Counted from the stretch's first letter, positions 35,834-47,656 are shown. The stretch is DNA of 64,000 nt from an uncultured Gemmatimonadales bacterium (GCA_963701965.1 OY969695.1:96001-160000), one strand, 5' to 3'. Made by a program: numbers and translations. Notes: generated by a model not told the origin, from the sequence alone.

Positions 35834-36587
35834 GGCCGGATCGGCGGTCACGCCGGCGGCGGCCGCGCCGGGCATGAAGACGCTCCTGCGCGTCAGCGCG
35901 CTGAAGGTCGCGTACGGCGGCATCCAGGCGGTCAAGGGCGTCTCGTTCGAGGTCCACGAGGGCGAGCTGGTCAGCCTGATCGGCGCCAACGGCGCCGGCA
36001 AGACGACGACGCTGAAGGCGATCACCGGCACCCAGGCGGCGGCCAGCGGCGAGATCGAGTTCATGGGCCGGAGCATCCGCGGCCAGGGGCCGTGGGAGCT
36101 GGTCAAGCAGGGCCTGGTGATGGTTCCCGAGGGCCGCGGCGTGTTCGCGCGCATGACGATCGTCGAGAACCTGCAGATGGGCGCCTTCGTGCGCGACGAC
36201 ATCAAGGAGATCGCGAGCGACATCGAGCGCGTGTTCACGATCTTTCCGCGCCTGAAGGAGCGCCGCAACCAGCTCGCCGGGACGATGAGCGGCGGCGAGC
36301 AGCAGATGCTCGCCATGGGTCGGGCGCTGATGGCGCGGCCGAAGGTGCTGCTGATGGACGAGCCGTCGATGGGCCTGTCGCCGATCATGGTCGACAAGAT
36401 CTTCGAGGTCGTGAGCGAGATCCACGGCCAGGGGACGACGATCCTGCTGGTCGAGCAGAACGCGAGCCGCGCCTTGCAGCTCGCCTCGCGCGGCTACGTC
36501 ATGGACAGCGGCGAGGTGACGATGAGCGGCGACGCGAAGGCGCTGCTCGCCGATCCGAAGGTTCGCGCCGCCTACCTCGGCGAGTGA
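35820..36587 (+). CDS. livF: Branched-chain amino acid ABC transporter ATPase
   Basis: GANGAGKTT, VPEGRGVF, MSGGEQQM, LVEQN. Confidence 0.95.
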   Translation: MSPTEAGSAVTPAAAAPGMKTLLRVSALKVAYGGIQAVKGVSFEVHEGELVSLIGANGAGKTTTLKAITGTQAAASGEIEFMGRSIRGQGPWELVKQGLVMVPEGRGVFARMTIVENLQMGAFVRDDIKEIASDIERVFTIFPRLKERRNQLAGTMSGGEQQMLAMGRALMARPKVLLMDEPSMGLSPIMVDKIFEVVSEIHGQGTTILLVEQNASRALQLASRGYVMDSGEVTMSGDAKALLADPKVRAAYLGE

Positions 36588-36689
36588 GTCCGCTCCGGCG
36601 CCGCCTTTAGAATCGCGCCCGCTCCAGCAGCCGCGGCGAGTCGAGATCGGCACTTCGCGCAGACGAGCGCCGACTGGAGAATCCGGCCC

Positions 36690-38031
36690 GTGCAGCCCGC
36701 TACAACCCGCGCCGACTCTGTCATCGCCGACGCCGCACGCGAGTGCGACGTGCTCGTCGTCGGCGGCGGCCCGGCCGGCTCGACCATCGCCACGCTGCTG
36801 GCCGAGCGCGGCAAGGATGTCGTCCTGCTCGAGAAGGCGCACCACCCGCGCTTTCACATCGGCGAGTCGCTCCTGCCGGCCAATGCCGCGCTGTTCGACC
36901 GGCTCGGCCTGCGCGAGCAGGTCGAGGCGATCGGGATGCAGAAGTACGGGGTCGAGTTCGTCTCGCCCGATCACGACAGGCGCCAGTTCATCGAGTTCGC
37001 CGAGGCCTGGGACAAATCGATGCCCTACGCCTGGCAGGTGCGGCGCTCGCAGCTCGACGAGCTGCTCTTTCGCCACGCCGGCTGCTCGCGGCGCGCGCAT
37101 CTTCGAAGGCCAGCGCGTGCGCGAGATCGCGTTCGACGACGACGGCGCGACGGCACAGGCAGAGCTCGACGACGGCACCCGGCGCAGCTGGCGCGCCCGC
37201 TTCGTCGTCGACGCGTCGGGCCGGGACACGCTGCTCGCCAACCAGCTGCGCTGCAAGGAGAAGAACCCGCGCCACAACAGCTCGGCGCTCTACGGCCACT
37301 TCACCGGCGCCGAGCGCCTGCCCGGCAAGCTCGAGGGCAACATCACCATCTTCTGGTTCGAGCACGGCTGGTTCTGGTTCATCCCGCTGGTCGACGGCTC
37401 GACCAGCATCGGCGCGGTCTGCTGGCCGTACTACCTGAAGTCGCGCACCAAGCCCTTGCCCGAGTTCTTCCGCGACACGATCGCGCTCTGTCCTGACCTC
37501 GAGGCGCGCCTGGCCGGCGCGACGCTGATCGACGAGCGCGTCTACGCCACCGGCAACTACTCGTACACGAGCGCGAAGAGCAGCGGCGATCGCTACCTGA
37601 TGATCGGTGACGCCTACGCCTTCGTCGATCCGGTGTTCTCGTCGGGCGTCTACCTGGCGATGCAGAGCGCGTTCGACGGCGCCGAGGTCGTCGCCGCCGT
37701 GCTCGAGCGGCGTCGCGATGCGAAGGCGCTCCGGCGCGCGTTCGACCGCAGCATCCAGCATGGCCCGCGCGAGTTCTCGTGGTTCATCTTCCGCGTCACC
37801 AATCCGACGATGCGCGAGTTCTTCATGGCGCCGCAGAACCCGTTCCGGGTCAAGGAAGCGCTGATCTCGCTGCTCGCCGGCGACATCTACGGGCGGACAC
37901 CGATCTGGCGTTCGATCTTGATCCTGAAGACGCTCTATTACCTGGTCTCGATCGGCAATCTCGGCCGCACGGTGCGCGCCTGGCGGCGCCGGCGAGTCAA
38001 CATCCGCGACGTCGAGGTCCAGGCATCGTGA
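36690..38031 (+). CDS. FAD-dependent oxidoreductase, flavin-dependent halogenase-like (frameshift near 37085)
   Basis: GGGPAG FAD motif, HPRFHIGESLLP, VDASGR, WFWFIP (WxWxIP), GDAYAFVDPVFSSGV. Confidence 0.85.
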
Positions 38032-38943
38032 GGCGCCTCGCCGGCCGGCGGCGGGGCCTGGTCCTGTCGCTCGCTCTGCTCGGCGCGCTGACGTTCGCCA
38101 CGCGCGCGCGCGCCGACGAGCTGCCGACGCCCGGGCCGGTGGTCGAGGGACCGGTGACGCCGGCCGCGCCGGACGCCGTCGGCACCGAGCCGCTCTGGGA
38201 GCTCGGCGTCGGCGTCGGCGGCATTCCGCTTCGACGACTATCGCGGCTCGGACCACACCAACACCTATGTCTTGCCGCTGCCGTTCTTCGCCTACCGCGG
38301 CCCGATCCTGCGCGCCGACCGCGACGGCGCGCGCGCCGTGCTGTTCGAAGGGCGCCGGTTCACCGTCGACGTCAGTCTGGGCGCATCGGTCCCGACCAAG
38401 AGCAAGGACGACGAGGCGCGTCACGGCATGCCCGACCTGGCCGGCACCTTCGAGATCGGTCCCAACCTCGTCGCCGAGCTCTGGCAGTCGAGCGATCGCA
38501 AGCTGAAGCTCGAGCTGCGCATGCCGGTGCGCGAGGCGATCACGCTCGAGCGCTCGCCACAGGCGATCGGGCTCACGTTCTCGCCCAACCTGAACCTCGA
38601 CATCAGCGGCCTGCCCGGCAAAGGGAACCTGGGGCTGCTCGCCGGCCCGCTGTTCGCCGACCACCGGTACCACCAGTACTTCTACAGCGTCTCGCCGGAG
38701 TTCGCGACCGCAACGCGGCCGGCCTATGACGCGCCGGGCGGCTACGCGGGCTGGCGCGCCACGGCCGCCTTCTCGCGCCGCTTCGGCAATGCCTGGCTGG
38801 GCGCATTCGTCCGCTACGACGACCTGCATGGCGCGACGTTTGCCCCGAGTCCTCTCGTGCGCAAGGAAACCACCGTTACGGCGGGCTTCGGCATCTCATG
38901 GATCTTCGCGACTTCGAGTCAGCGCGTGCGGACCGACGACTGA
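38028..38943 (+). CDS. MipA/OmpV family outer membrane protein (frameshift near 38230)
   Basis: Signal peptide; PLWELGVG, DYRGS, GMPDLAGTFEIGP, YFYSV, SPLV..GFGISWIF. Confidence 0.82.
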
Positions 38944-39686
38944 GCGACGACGCCGAGCTGGCGCCGTCGCTCCGTCATCGCCTCCTGTTCGCGGCGGTCA
39001 TCGTCCAGCTGGGCGCGATGTCGCTCGTCTGGGCCCTGCTCGCGCCGCTGCTGGCGCTGCTGCTGCCGCGTCAGGCCGCCGGGCGCCTCGGCCGCTCGGC
39101 GGTGTCGTTTCTCTACCGCTGCTGCTGGGCCAGCGCGGAGCGGCTCGGCCTGATGAGCGTCGACTCGAGCGCGCTCGACGCGCTGCGCGACGAGCCGGGC
39201 GGTCTGATCGTCGCCGCCAACCATCCGACCATGCTCGATGCCTTGCTCGTGGTGGCGCGGCTGCCGCGCGGCGTCTGCGTCATGAAGGCCGAGCTGATGC
39301 ACAACATCTTCCTCGGCGGCGGTGCGCGCCTGGCGCAGTACATCAGGAACGACGTCGGCCGCGGCATGGTGCGCGATGCCGTGACGACCCTGCGCGAAGG
39401 CAACCAGCTGATCCTCTTTCCCGAGGGCACGCGCACCGTCGGCGCGACGGTCAACGCCTTCAAGCCCGGCATCACGCTGATCGCCCAGCTGGCGCAGGTG
39501 CCGATCCAGACGGTGGTGGTCGAGTCGTTCTCGCCCTACCTCACCAAGGGCTGGCCGCTGCTCAAGGCGCCGCCGGTGCCGGTCCGGATCCGGCTCACGC
39601 TCGGCCCGCGCTTCGCGCCCGATGCCGACCACCGCGCCCAGCTGCGCCGTCTCGAGATCTACTTCGCCGAGGCGCTGCGCCGGTGA
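38940..39686 (+). CDS. Lysophospholipid acyltransferase family protein (start uncertain)
   Basis: ANHPTMLD (HX4D) and FPEGTR motifs. Confidence 0.9.
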   Translation: MSDDAELAPSLRHRLLFAAVIVQLGAMSLVWALLAPLLALLLPRQAAGRLGRSAVSFLYRCCWASAERLGLMSVDSSALDALRDEPGGLIVAANHPTMLDALLVVARLPRGVCVMKAELMHNIFLGGGARLAQYIRNDVGRGMVRDAVTTLREGNQLILFPEGTRTVGATVNAFKPGITLIAQLAQVPIQTVVVESFSPYLTKGWPLLKAPPVPVRIRLTLGPRFAPDADHRAQLRRLEIYFAEALRR

Positions 39687-40477
39687 GCGCCGCCGCGGGC
39701 GTGGCCGCGTCGACCAGCCACGTGGTCGTCATCCCGAGCTACGACAGCGGCGCGCTGGTCTACGCGACGGTGCGCGCGGCGCGCGCCGTCTGGGCGCCCG
39801 TGTGGGTGGTCGTCGACGGCAGCGGCGACGGCACCGCCGCCGGACTGCGCGAGCTGGCTGCCGGCGACCCGCAGCTGCGGGTCGAGGTGCTCGCGCGCAA
39901 CCGGGGCAAGGGCGCGGCGGTCCTGCATGCGCTCGAGCTGGCGCAGGCGGCCGGCTTCACGCATGCGCTGACGATGGACGCCGACGGCCAGCATCCGGCC
40001 GATCTGATCCCGACCTTCATGGCGGCGTCGGCGCGAAACGCCGAGGCGATGATCCTCGGCCGACCGGTGTTCGACGCCTCGGCGCCGCTGCTGCGCGTGC
40101 GCGGCCGGCAGATCTCGAACGGCCTGGCCCGGCTCGAGACGCTCGGTGCCGGCATCGACGATGCGCTCTACGGCTTTCGCGTCTATCCGATCGCGCCGCT
40201 GGTCGCGGTGATGCGCGGCCAGGCCTGGATGCGCCGCTTCGACTTCGACCCCGAGGCGGTGGTTCGCCTCGCCTGGCGCGGCGTGGCGCCGATCAACATC
40301 GCCGCGCCGGTCAAGTACCTGCGCGCCGAAGACGGCGGCGTCTCCCACTTCCGCTACGGACGCGACAACGTGCTGCTCACCTGGATGAACCTGCGCCTGC
40401 TGCTCGGCTTCGTCGTGCGCTTGCCGATGCTGCTGCTGCGCCGGGCGCGGCGCCGACCGCCGTTCGGCCGCGCCTGA
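39683..40477 (+). CDS. Glycosyltransferase family 2
   Basis: VVIPSY, VVDGSGD, NRGKG, MDADGQH, GFRVYP, VSHFRY. Confidence 0.9.
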   Translation: MSAAAGVAASTSHVVVIPSYDSGALVYATVRAARAVWAPVWVVVDGSGDGTAAGLRELAAGDPQLRVEVLARNRGKGAAVLHALELAQAAGFTHALTMDADGQHPADLIPTFMAASARNAEAMILGRPVFDASAPLLRVRGRQISNGLARLETLGAGIDDALYGFRVYPIAPLVAVMRGQAWMRRFDFDPEAVVRLAWRGVAPINIAAPVKYLRAEDGGVSHFRYGRDNVLLTWMNLRLLLGFVVRLPMLLLRRARRRPPFGRA

Positions 40478-40496
40478 CAGCGCGGCGCCGTGCCGC

Positions 40497-41236
40497 TCAG
40501 ATCATCGCGCCGTTGATCGACACGATCTGGCCGCTGATGTAGGCGGCCTCGTCGGAGGCGAGGAAGGCGACCAGCGCCGCGACCTCGTCGGCGGTGCCGG
40601 CGCGCTTCATCGGCACGAGCTTGTCGATCGTCGCGCGGTCGAACACGCTGCCGCCATGCCGGCGTCGATGATTCCCGGCGCGACCGCGTTGACGGTGATG
40701 CCGCGGCTCGCCAGCTCGAGCGCGAGCGCCTTGGTCGCGCTGTTGAGCGCGCCCTTGGCGGCGGCGTAGTTGACCTGGCCGCGGTTGCCGGTGAGCGCCG
40801 CGATCGACGAGACGTTGACGATCCGGCCCCAGCGGGTGCGGATCATCGCCATCACCAGCGGCTGGGTGACGTTGAAGAAGCCGCCGACCGAGACGTCGAT
40901 GACGCGCTGCCACTGCTCGCGCCGCATCGCCGGAAAGACCGCGTCGTCGTGGACGCCGGCGTTGTTGACGATCACCTGGACCGCGCCGCCGGCGAGCATG
41001 CGCGCGCACGCCGCGTCGGTGCTCGCGCCATCGGTGACGTCGAAGGCGATCGCCTCGCCGCTGCCGCCGGCGGCGACGATGCGCTCGACCACGGCCGCGG
41101 CCGATTCGATCCGGCCGTTGGCATGGGCGATCACGTGCAGGCCGGCGCGGCCGAGGCGCTCGGCGATCGCCGCGCCGATGCCGCCGCTCGCGCCGGTGAC
41201 GAGGGCGCGCCGGCGCGCGTTCGGGGCGTCGTTCAT
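40497..41236 (-). CDS. 3-oxoacyl-ACP reductase (FabG-like, pigment-cluster type; frameshift near 40655)
   Basis: TGASGGIG, NNAG, GNRGQVNYAAAK, VNAVAPGII. Confidence 0.92.
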
Positions 41237-41705
41237 GGCGCGCGCGCCAGGACGCGTGTCGAGCACGACCGCGACCCGGCCCGAGGCGAGCTCGCGGCCG
41301 CCGTGATGGAGGCGAAAGGTGCAGAGCAGCCGCGTCGCGTCGGCAGCCTGGCGCTCGCTCGTCACGACCAGCTCGTCAGGCGTCGTCCGGCGGCAGGTCG
41401 TCGAGGCGCCAGCGCGCGAGGCGGACGTCGCGCGCGCTGGCGAGAAAGCCCGGCGCCGCGCTCGCTCCGGCAGCGTCGGCGCAGAGCGCGCCGTGCACCG
41501 CCATCGCCTGCGCCGCGTACTCGATCGCCGTGCTCGCCAGCAGGCCGCTCGCGCTGCGCAGCGGGTGGCGCGGGTCGCGGTGGTTGACGGCGACGCACTC
41601 GATCCGCGTCGCGTCCCAGGCGACGACCCGATCGAGCAGGCACATCGGCCCCTGATGCGGGATCAACGCGGCGATCGCGGCGTGGTCAAGCGTCGCCGGC
41701 GCCAT
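41233..41705 (-). CDS. Hotdog-fold 3-hydroxyacyl-ACP dehydratase partner (ApeP-like; frameshifted)
   Basis: LIPHQGPMCLLDRV, IEYAAQAMAVHG, GFLASARDV. Confidence 0.85.
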
Positions 41706-42456
41706 CGGGGGCTCGCGGTTCAGGACCCGGCGCGCGCACGACGGTGCCGACGAGGAGGACGTTCGCGAACGGCGTGCCGCGGTGCATCGGCTCGCTCGCG
41801 ACCGCGAAGCCGAGCTCGTCCAGGCGCGCCATCCAGGCCGCGAGCGTGCGAGTGGCGGCGTGATCGACGCGCTGGCCGCGCGCGAAGCTGACGATGCGAT
41901 CGACCCAGCGGGTCGCCGTGGAGCGGTGCCGCGAGGCGGCATCGCCGACGCGCAGGACCAGCCGGCCGCCGTCGGGCAGCGCGGCGCGGACCCGCGCCAG
42001 CACGGCGTCCTGCTCGACGATGCTGACGTAGTGCAGGACATCGAGGATGACCACCGTGTCGACCGCGGCGAAGGCGGTGGTTCGCATGTCGGCGCAGACG
42101 AAGTCGGCGCTGTCGCCGAGGGCGTCGCGGGCGCGCGCGACGTCGCGCGCGCGCAGGTCGATGCCGCTGACGTGGGCGTCGACCGGCGCCTCGGCCCAGG
42201 CGCTCGGCCACCGGCCCTGGCGCGCCGCCTGGCCGGCGGCGCGAACCAGGCTGGCGAGCAGCCCCTGGCCGCAGCCGATGTCGAGCACGCGCGTTCGCGG
42301 CGCGATCAATCCGTGGGCGAGCAGATGGCCGAAGACCGGATCCCAGCGCAGCTTGCCGCGTGCGAAGTGCCAGGCGAAGCGGCCGGCGCGCTGGTAGGGC
42401 GCGCTCGCCGTCTCGACCAGCGAGCGCCAGGCGAGCGCCGGCGTGGCCGTGCTCAT
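41686..42456 (-). CDS. Class I SAM-dependent methyltransferase
   Basis: FARGKLRWDPVF, VLDIGCGQG, ILDVLHY, TPFANVLL. Confidence 0.88.
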   Translation of the reverse strand: MSTATPALAWRSLVETASAPYQRAGRFAWHFARGKLRWDPVFGHLLAHGLIAPRTRVLDIGCGQGLLASLVRAAGQAARQGRWPSAWAEAPVDAHVSGIDLRARDVARARDALGDSADFVCADMRTTAFAAVDTVVILDVLHYVSIVEQDAVLARVRAALPDGGRLVLRVGDAASRHRSTATRWVDRIVSFARGQRVDHAATRTLAAWMARLDELGFAVASEPMHRGTPFANVLLVGTVVRAPGPEPRAPDGAGDA

Positions 42457-43325
42457 GCCGCTGCCGCGATCGTGTCCGCTGCGGCCAGCAAGGTCACCGG
42501 ACGAAGGCGCGCTGCCCGCACCCGCTCGAGCAGCGCCGGCAGGACGACGAGCGCGAGGGCACGGCCCTCGGCGTCGCGCGCGGCATGGCCGTCGTGGAGC
42601 AGCAGGATGTCGCCGCCGCCGAGGCGCCGGACGAGGCGCGCCAGGACCGCGCCGGCGTCGCTGCCGACGGTGTCGAAGCCGCGCCGGGTCCAGCTGACGA
42701 GCTGCAGGTCGAGGCGTTGCAGCACCGGCGCCAGGAACGGGTTGCGCAACCCGGCCGGAGCGCGAAAGAAACGCGGCGCGGTTCCCGTGATCTCGGCCAG
42801 GCTCGCCTGCGCCGCCGCGACCTCGCGCGCCATCGCCCGCGGTCCGAGCAGCGAGAAGCGATGCGAGTGGCGATCGCTGTGGTTCTGGACGCTGTGCCCG
42901 CGCGCGACGATCGCGCGGCAGAGCGCGGGATGCGCGCGTGCCCGCTCGGCGATGCAGAAGAACGTCGCCTGCACGCCGTGCCGGTCGAGCAGGTCGAGGA
43001 CCGCAGGAGTCACCTCGGGATCGGGGCCGTCGTCGATCGTGATCGCGATCTCGCCGCGTGCGGCCGCCGCCCGCCGGCAAGCTGCGTCCAGTTGCTGCCG
43101 AGCCAGCGCGAGCGCGGCCAGAGGCCGCCGGCGGTGAGGACAAGATGATTGGCGGCGACCGCACCCAGTGCCCACGGCCAGCTCGAGGGCACGAGCGCGG
43201 CGCCGGCGCCCGCCGCCAGGTGCCAGGCGAGGCTCGCCTTGGCATAGGCCGGCCACGCCGTCGCAGCCGCAGCCGGGCGGCGTGCCGGAGGCCGGGAGCA
43301 GGCCCTCGCCGGGAGTTGTCGTCAC
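42453..43325 (-). CDS. Polysaccharide deacetylase (CE4/NodB) with N-terminal membrane segment (frameshifted)
   Basis: ITIDDGP, NHSDRH, FFRAPAG, DILLLHD. Confidence 0.88.
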   Translation of the reverse strand: MTTTPGEGLLPASGTPPGCGCDGVAGLCQGEPRLAPGGGRRRRARALELAVGTGCGRRQSSCPHRRRPLAALALARQQLDAACRRAAAARGEIAITIDDGPDPEVTPAVLDLLDRHGVQATFFCIAERARAHPALCRAIVARGHSVQNHSDRHSHRFSLLGPRAMAREVAAAQASLAEITGTAPRFFRAPAGLRNPFLAPVLQRLDLQLVSWTRRGFDTVGSDAGAVLARLVRRLGGGDILLLHDGHAARDAEGRALALVVLPALLERVRAARLRPVTLLAAADTIAAAA

Positions 43326-45748
43326 GCGGCGATTTTCCCATGCGTCCCGGTGGCCTGATCGCGCTCGCGCCGGCCGAGCCATGCCGCCGAAAAGACGCAG
43401 GCAGAGCAACGCTCCCGGCGCGACCACGATGCCGACCGCCTGAAGCACCGGAATGGGCGACGTGGCGAGCAGCGCGAACGACGCGACCGTCGTCAGATTG
43501 GCGAGCAGCAGCGAAGCGAGCGTGTCTTCGTCGACCGCTCGCTGCGTGCGCAGGTGATCGAAGAAGAGGGCGTAGTTCGAGCCGATCGCGACCGTCAGCA
43601 GCAGGCCGACCAGGTGCAGGATGCCGAGGGCGACGCCGGTCAGCGCCAGCGCCGCGAGCACGAGCAGCGTCGCCGCGGCGATCGGCAGCGCGACGGCGAC
43701 GAGGCGCGAGAAGCGCCTCAGCCGCAGCGCGAGCAAGCCGAGGACCGCGAGCGCGCCGAGCGCCGCCTGCCACTCGGCGGCGCCGAGGAAGCGCGCGTAG
43801 ATCGCATCGAGCTCGGCCTTGATGGCGACGACGCGGGCACCTGGAACGTCGGCGACCGCGTGGCGGATGGCTTCGGCGTCGAGCGGCCGGCCGCTCGCCC
43901 GGCTGCAGGTTGATGAGCGCGCGCCAGGGCCGGGTCGCGTCGCCCGTGACGCGCAGGGCATCGACGGCGACGCCGAGCGCGCTGCCGTCGAGGTCGCGGC
44001 GTTCGATCGGCGGCTCGCTTCGCGCGGCTGCGACATCGGCGATGAAGGGTGCTAGCCGCGCCGCGGGCAGCGGTCCGTCGACGGTCGCCTCGGCGAGCCG
44101 GCCGCGCAGGCTCTCGGCTGTCGGGCAGCGCGTCGCGCCGTCGCATCTGCGTCGCGATGCTCGGCAGGAGCCGCGCCGGCGAGTCGTAGCCTTGCAGGGC
44201 GCCGGCTGGCGACGAGCGTGTCGAGGCGTGTGCCGACGGCCTCGGCGGCCGCCAGCGCGCCTTGCTCGCTCGCCGCCGAGACGGCGACCAGCGTTCCCGC
44301 GTCGGCGGCGCCGAGGTCGGCACGCAGGGCCGCGTCGAGCGCGAGATCGGCGGCCGGAACCGGGCTGAGCGACGCCAGCTCGCCGCGCCAGGGCGAGGGC
44401 ACGACGGCGAGCGCGCCGACCGCCAGCGCTGCGAGCAGGACCACGGCGACCCGAGCGCGCGGCAGCAGCGCCGCGGCCGCGGCCATGAAGCGGCCGAGCT
44501 GGCGGCGAAAGCCGGCGCCCGGCGCGCCGTTCGGCGCGATCACCGGGAAGACGAAGCGCGTCGTCGCCGCCGCAGCGGCGAGGCCGGCGATCGAGAACAC
44601 GCCGAGCTGCGCCAGCCCGGGAAAGCCGGTGAAGAGGAGCGCGGCGAAGCCGATCAGCGAGGTGAAGAGGCCGAGCCGAACGGTCGGCCAGCTCTCGCGG
44701 CGCCAGCGCTCGCTCGAATCCCGGGCCGCCGCGCGCCTGGACCAGGAAGTAGATCGCGTAGTCGACCGCCTCGCCGATCAGCGTCGTGCCGAAGCCGAGC
44801 GTCATGCCGTGCACCTGGTCGAACGCCAGGCTGACCGCGGCGATGCCGGCGACGACCCCGGTCGCGACCGGCACCAGCGCGACCAGCAGTGCGCGCAGCG
44901 ACGCGAAGGCGAGCAGCAACAGAACGACGATGACCACCGAGCCGAGGAGGGCGAGCCGCTCGACCTCGGCCTTGATGCGCTCGCGCGATTCGACGGCGAA
45001 GCGGCCCGCGCCCGAGACCCGCAGGCGCAGGCCGGGCGAAGCGACCGCATCGAATGTCGAGCGGATCGCCGCCAGGGCGCGCTGCTGGCCGTCGAGGTCG
45101 GCGCCGTCGGCGCGGGTCGTCGCGAGCAGCAGCGCGCGCGGCGTCGTTCGCGCGACCCAGACGCCGTTCTCGATCTTCGGCGCGCGCGCCGGCGTCAGCG
45201 CCTCGGCGATGCGCACCGTCTCGCCGGTCGGGTCGCGAAAGAGGATCGGCTTGAGCAGCGAGCCTGCCGGCGTGCCGAGCAGCGCCACGGTCTCGTCGAT
45301 CGCAGCGCGCAGGCCGGTGACGCTGAAGCGCGCCGCGTCGACCGCCGGGCTCAGCAGATAACGGTGCTCGAACACGAAGTTGCCGGCGTCGGCCCAGGCG
45401 GCGCGCTCGCCGTTCTCGACCGAGGCGAACAGCCCGCTGGCGCGCAGCGCGGCGGCAAGCCGGCGCGATGTGTCGGCGCGCGCGGGAGCGGCGCCGCATC
45501 GCGTCGCCGTTCACGTCGGCGTTTGCCGGCGCGCCATCGATCGCGATCAGGATCAGGCGCGCGGTCGCGCCGTTCTTCAGCTGATCGAGCAGCACGGCCT
45601 GCTCGGGAGTAGGCGCGGCGGGGAGAAAGGCGGAGAGATCGGCGACGTAGTGGGCGCGCCAGGCGATCGCCAGACCGGCGACGAGCGCGCCGAGCCAGAG
45701 CGCCAGCGTCAGCGCGGCGCGCCGGCCGATCGGGGACGGCGCGGCCAT
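43322..45748 (-). CDS. MMPL/RND-like exporter of aryl-polyene/xanthomonadin-type clusters (several frameshifts)
   Basis: YVADLSAFLP, GMTLGFGTTLIGEAVDY, LLTVAIGSNYALFF, ANLTTVASF. Confidence 0.85.
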
Positions 45749-45752
45749 CGGC

Positions 45753-46390
45753 TCAGGGCGTGCCGGTGACCGGACTCGATCGTCATCACCGAGCGATCGC
45801 CGTCGGCGAGCAGGACCTGGACCTCGCGCACCGTCGCCTCGCGCCCGGAGAGTCGCAGCGACTGGACCTGGCCGCGCAGACGCAGGTCGCGCGGCACGAG
45901 CTCGAGCGTCCAGCGCTCGGGCGTGCCCGAGACCGTCGCCTCGAACAGGCGCTCGAGCGTGCCGCGGTTGCCGGTGAGCGTGCCGCGCACCGCCTCGACG
46001 ATCACCGACGCTTCGGGCGACGCGTCGAGCTGCATCGTCCGGCTGCGCTCGCCGAGCGTCATCGTCATGCGTGTTGCCGTCGACGGCGAGCTTCTCGTGG
46101 CGCGGCTTCAGCGTCTCGCGGATGAACGTGGTCGGGGGCGCGAAACGACAGTCGCCCCGACGACATCAGCGTCCGGTCGAGCATCTCGACGCGGCGTGTT
46201 TCGGTGAAGGTGGCCTCGCCGGATCGCGCCTGGCCGAGCAGCGCCATCAGCGCGCCGAGATCGAGCCCGGGCGCGGCAGCGGTCGCGCCGGCGAGCGCCA
46301 GCGTCGCGCCGGCGATCAGCCAGGCGCGGCGCAGGGCGCCGCGGCGCCGCTCAGGCCGGCCCTGGCAGGAGCTCGCGGGCGCTTCGGCAT
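45753..46390 (-). CDS. LolA-like lipid/lipoprotein carrier (cluster-specific; frameshifted, ends approximate)
   Basis: ATFTETR..LMSSGRLSFRAPD, WTLELVP, DGDRSVMTI. Confidence 0.78.
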
Positions 46391-47326
46391 CGGCCCAGAA
46401 GTCGTAGAAGTTGAACCAGTTGTAGGGCGCCTCGCGGCACAGGCCTTCGAGCGTCGCGACGTAGCGCTCGAGCGCGGCCCGGATCGCGAGGTCGCGCGCC
46501 GCCGGCGGCGGACGCTTGCGTCTCGGCCGCGACGCCGAAGTCGGCGATCTCGATGAAGCGCAGGTCGTAGTCACGGCCGCCGCGATAGAGGCCGGCCATG
46601 AACACGACCTTCTGGCGCAGCATCGCCGCGAGCCGGAACGGGCCGTCGGAGAAGACCGCCGGCGCGCCGAGGAACGGCAGCGCGACCGACTTCGAGCGCT
46701 GCGAGTTGCCCGGCAGGGTGCGATCGGCGAGCAGGCCGGCGATGCCGCCGTCGTCGAGCCAGCGCCGGATCGCGAGCATGGCGTCGACGCGTCCGAGGCC
46801 GATCGTGTGCAGCTTGGCGCGCGGCGCCAGCGCCGCCAGCGTCTCGTTGATCAGGCGCGCGTTGTCTTCGTACATGATCATCGCCACCGCCAGGCCGCGC
46901 TCGTGGCCGATCATGCGCAGCGCCTCGAAGCTGCCGAGGTGGGCGCCGAAGGCGAGCACGCCGCGGCCCTCGGCCAGGCGCCGGTGCATCGCCTCGACGC
47001 CGCTGGCCGTGAAGGTGAACTCGTCGAAGCGCTCCTGCAGCAGGTAGACGCGATCGAGCACCATCGCGGCGAAGGTGAAGAGGTGGGTGTAGACGTCGCC
47101 CCAGGTCGCGGCTGCGGCCGAGCGCGCGCGAGAGATAGCGCGCCGAGTGATGCCGGGTCGACCGGTCGAGGCAGAAGAAGCAGACGATCGGATGAAGCAT
47201 CAGCCGCGCCGCGCGCCGCCCGGCGGTGACCGCGATCCAGCGCATGAGGCGCAGCTGCCACAGGCTGCTGCGCTCGCGCTGGCGCGCCCACGCGGTCGGC
47301 GGCGCGGTGCCGCTGCCGGCCTTCAC
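46351..47326 (-). CDS. LpxL/LpxP-like acyltransferase (frameshifted)
   Basis: WARQRERS, AHLGSFE, GLLADR, PYNWFNFYDFW. Confidence 0.85.
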
Positions 47327-47656
47327 GATGCGCTCCTCGGTGACGTCGGCGCGTGCGATCTCGCCGCTCGCGACAACGCGACCGGCCTCGTCGACGCGCC
47401 AGGCGAGCGAGCGAGCGCCGACGACGAACTCGAGCGCGAGCGTCGCGCCCGGACGGACGGCGCCGCTGAACTTGACCACCGACAGGCGTGGCGCATCGCC
47501 GAGCGACGCGCACAGAACCGGCTCGACACGCGCCGCTTCGAGCACTTCGGCGAGAAGGGCGACGCCGGGCAGGATCGGCTGCCCGGGGAAATGGCCGGCG
47601 AATGCCGGATGGTCGGGCGCGACCACGAACGTTCGCCGGAACGCCGCACCGTTCAT
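47323..47656 (-). CDS. FabZ-like dehydratase (ApeI-like)
   Basis: DHPAFAGHFPGQPILPGVALL, VKFSGAVRPG. Confidence 0.85.

Noticed and set aside
32912..36587. liv operon without a binding-protein gene
   Set aside because: Binding proteins are commonly encoded elsewhere in these bacteria.
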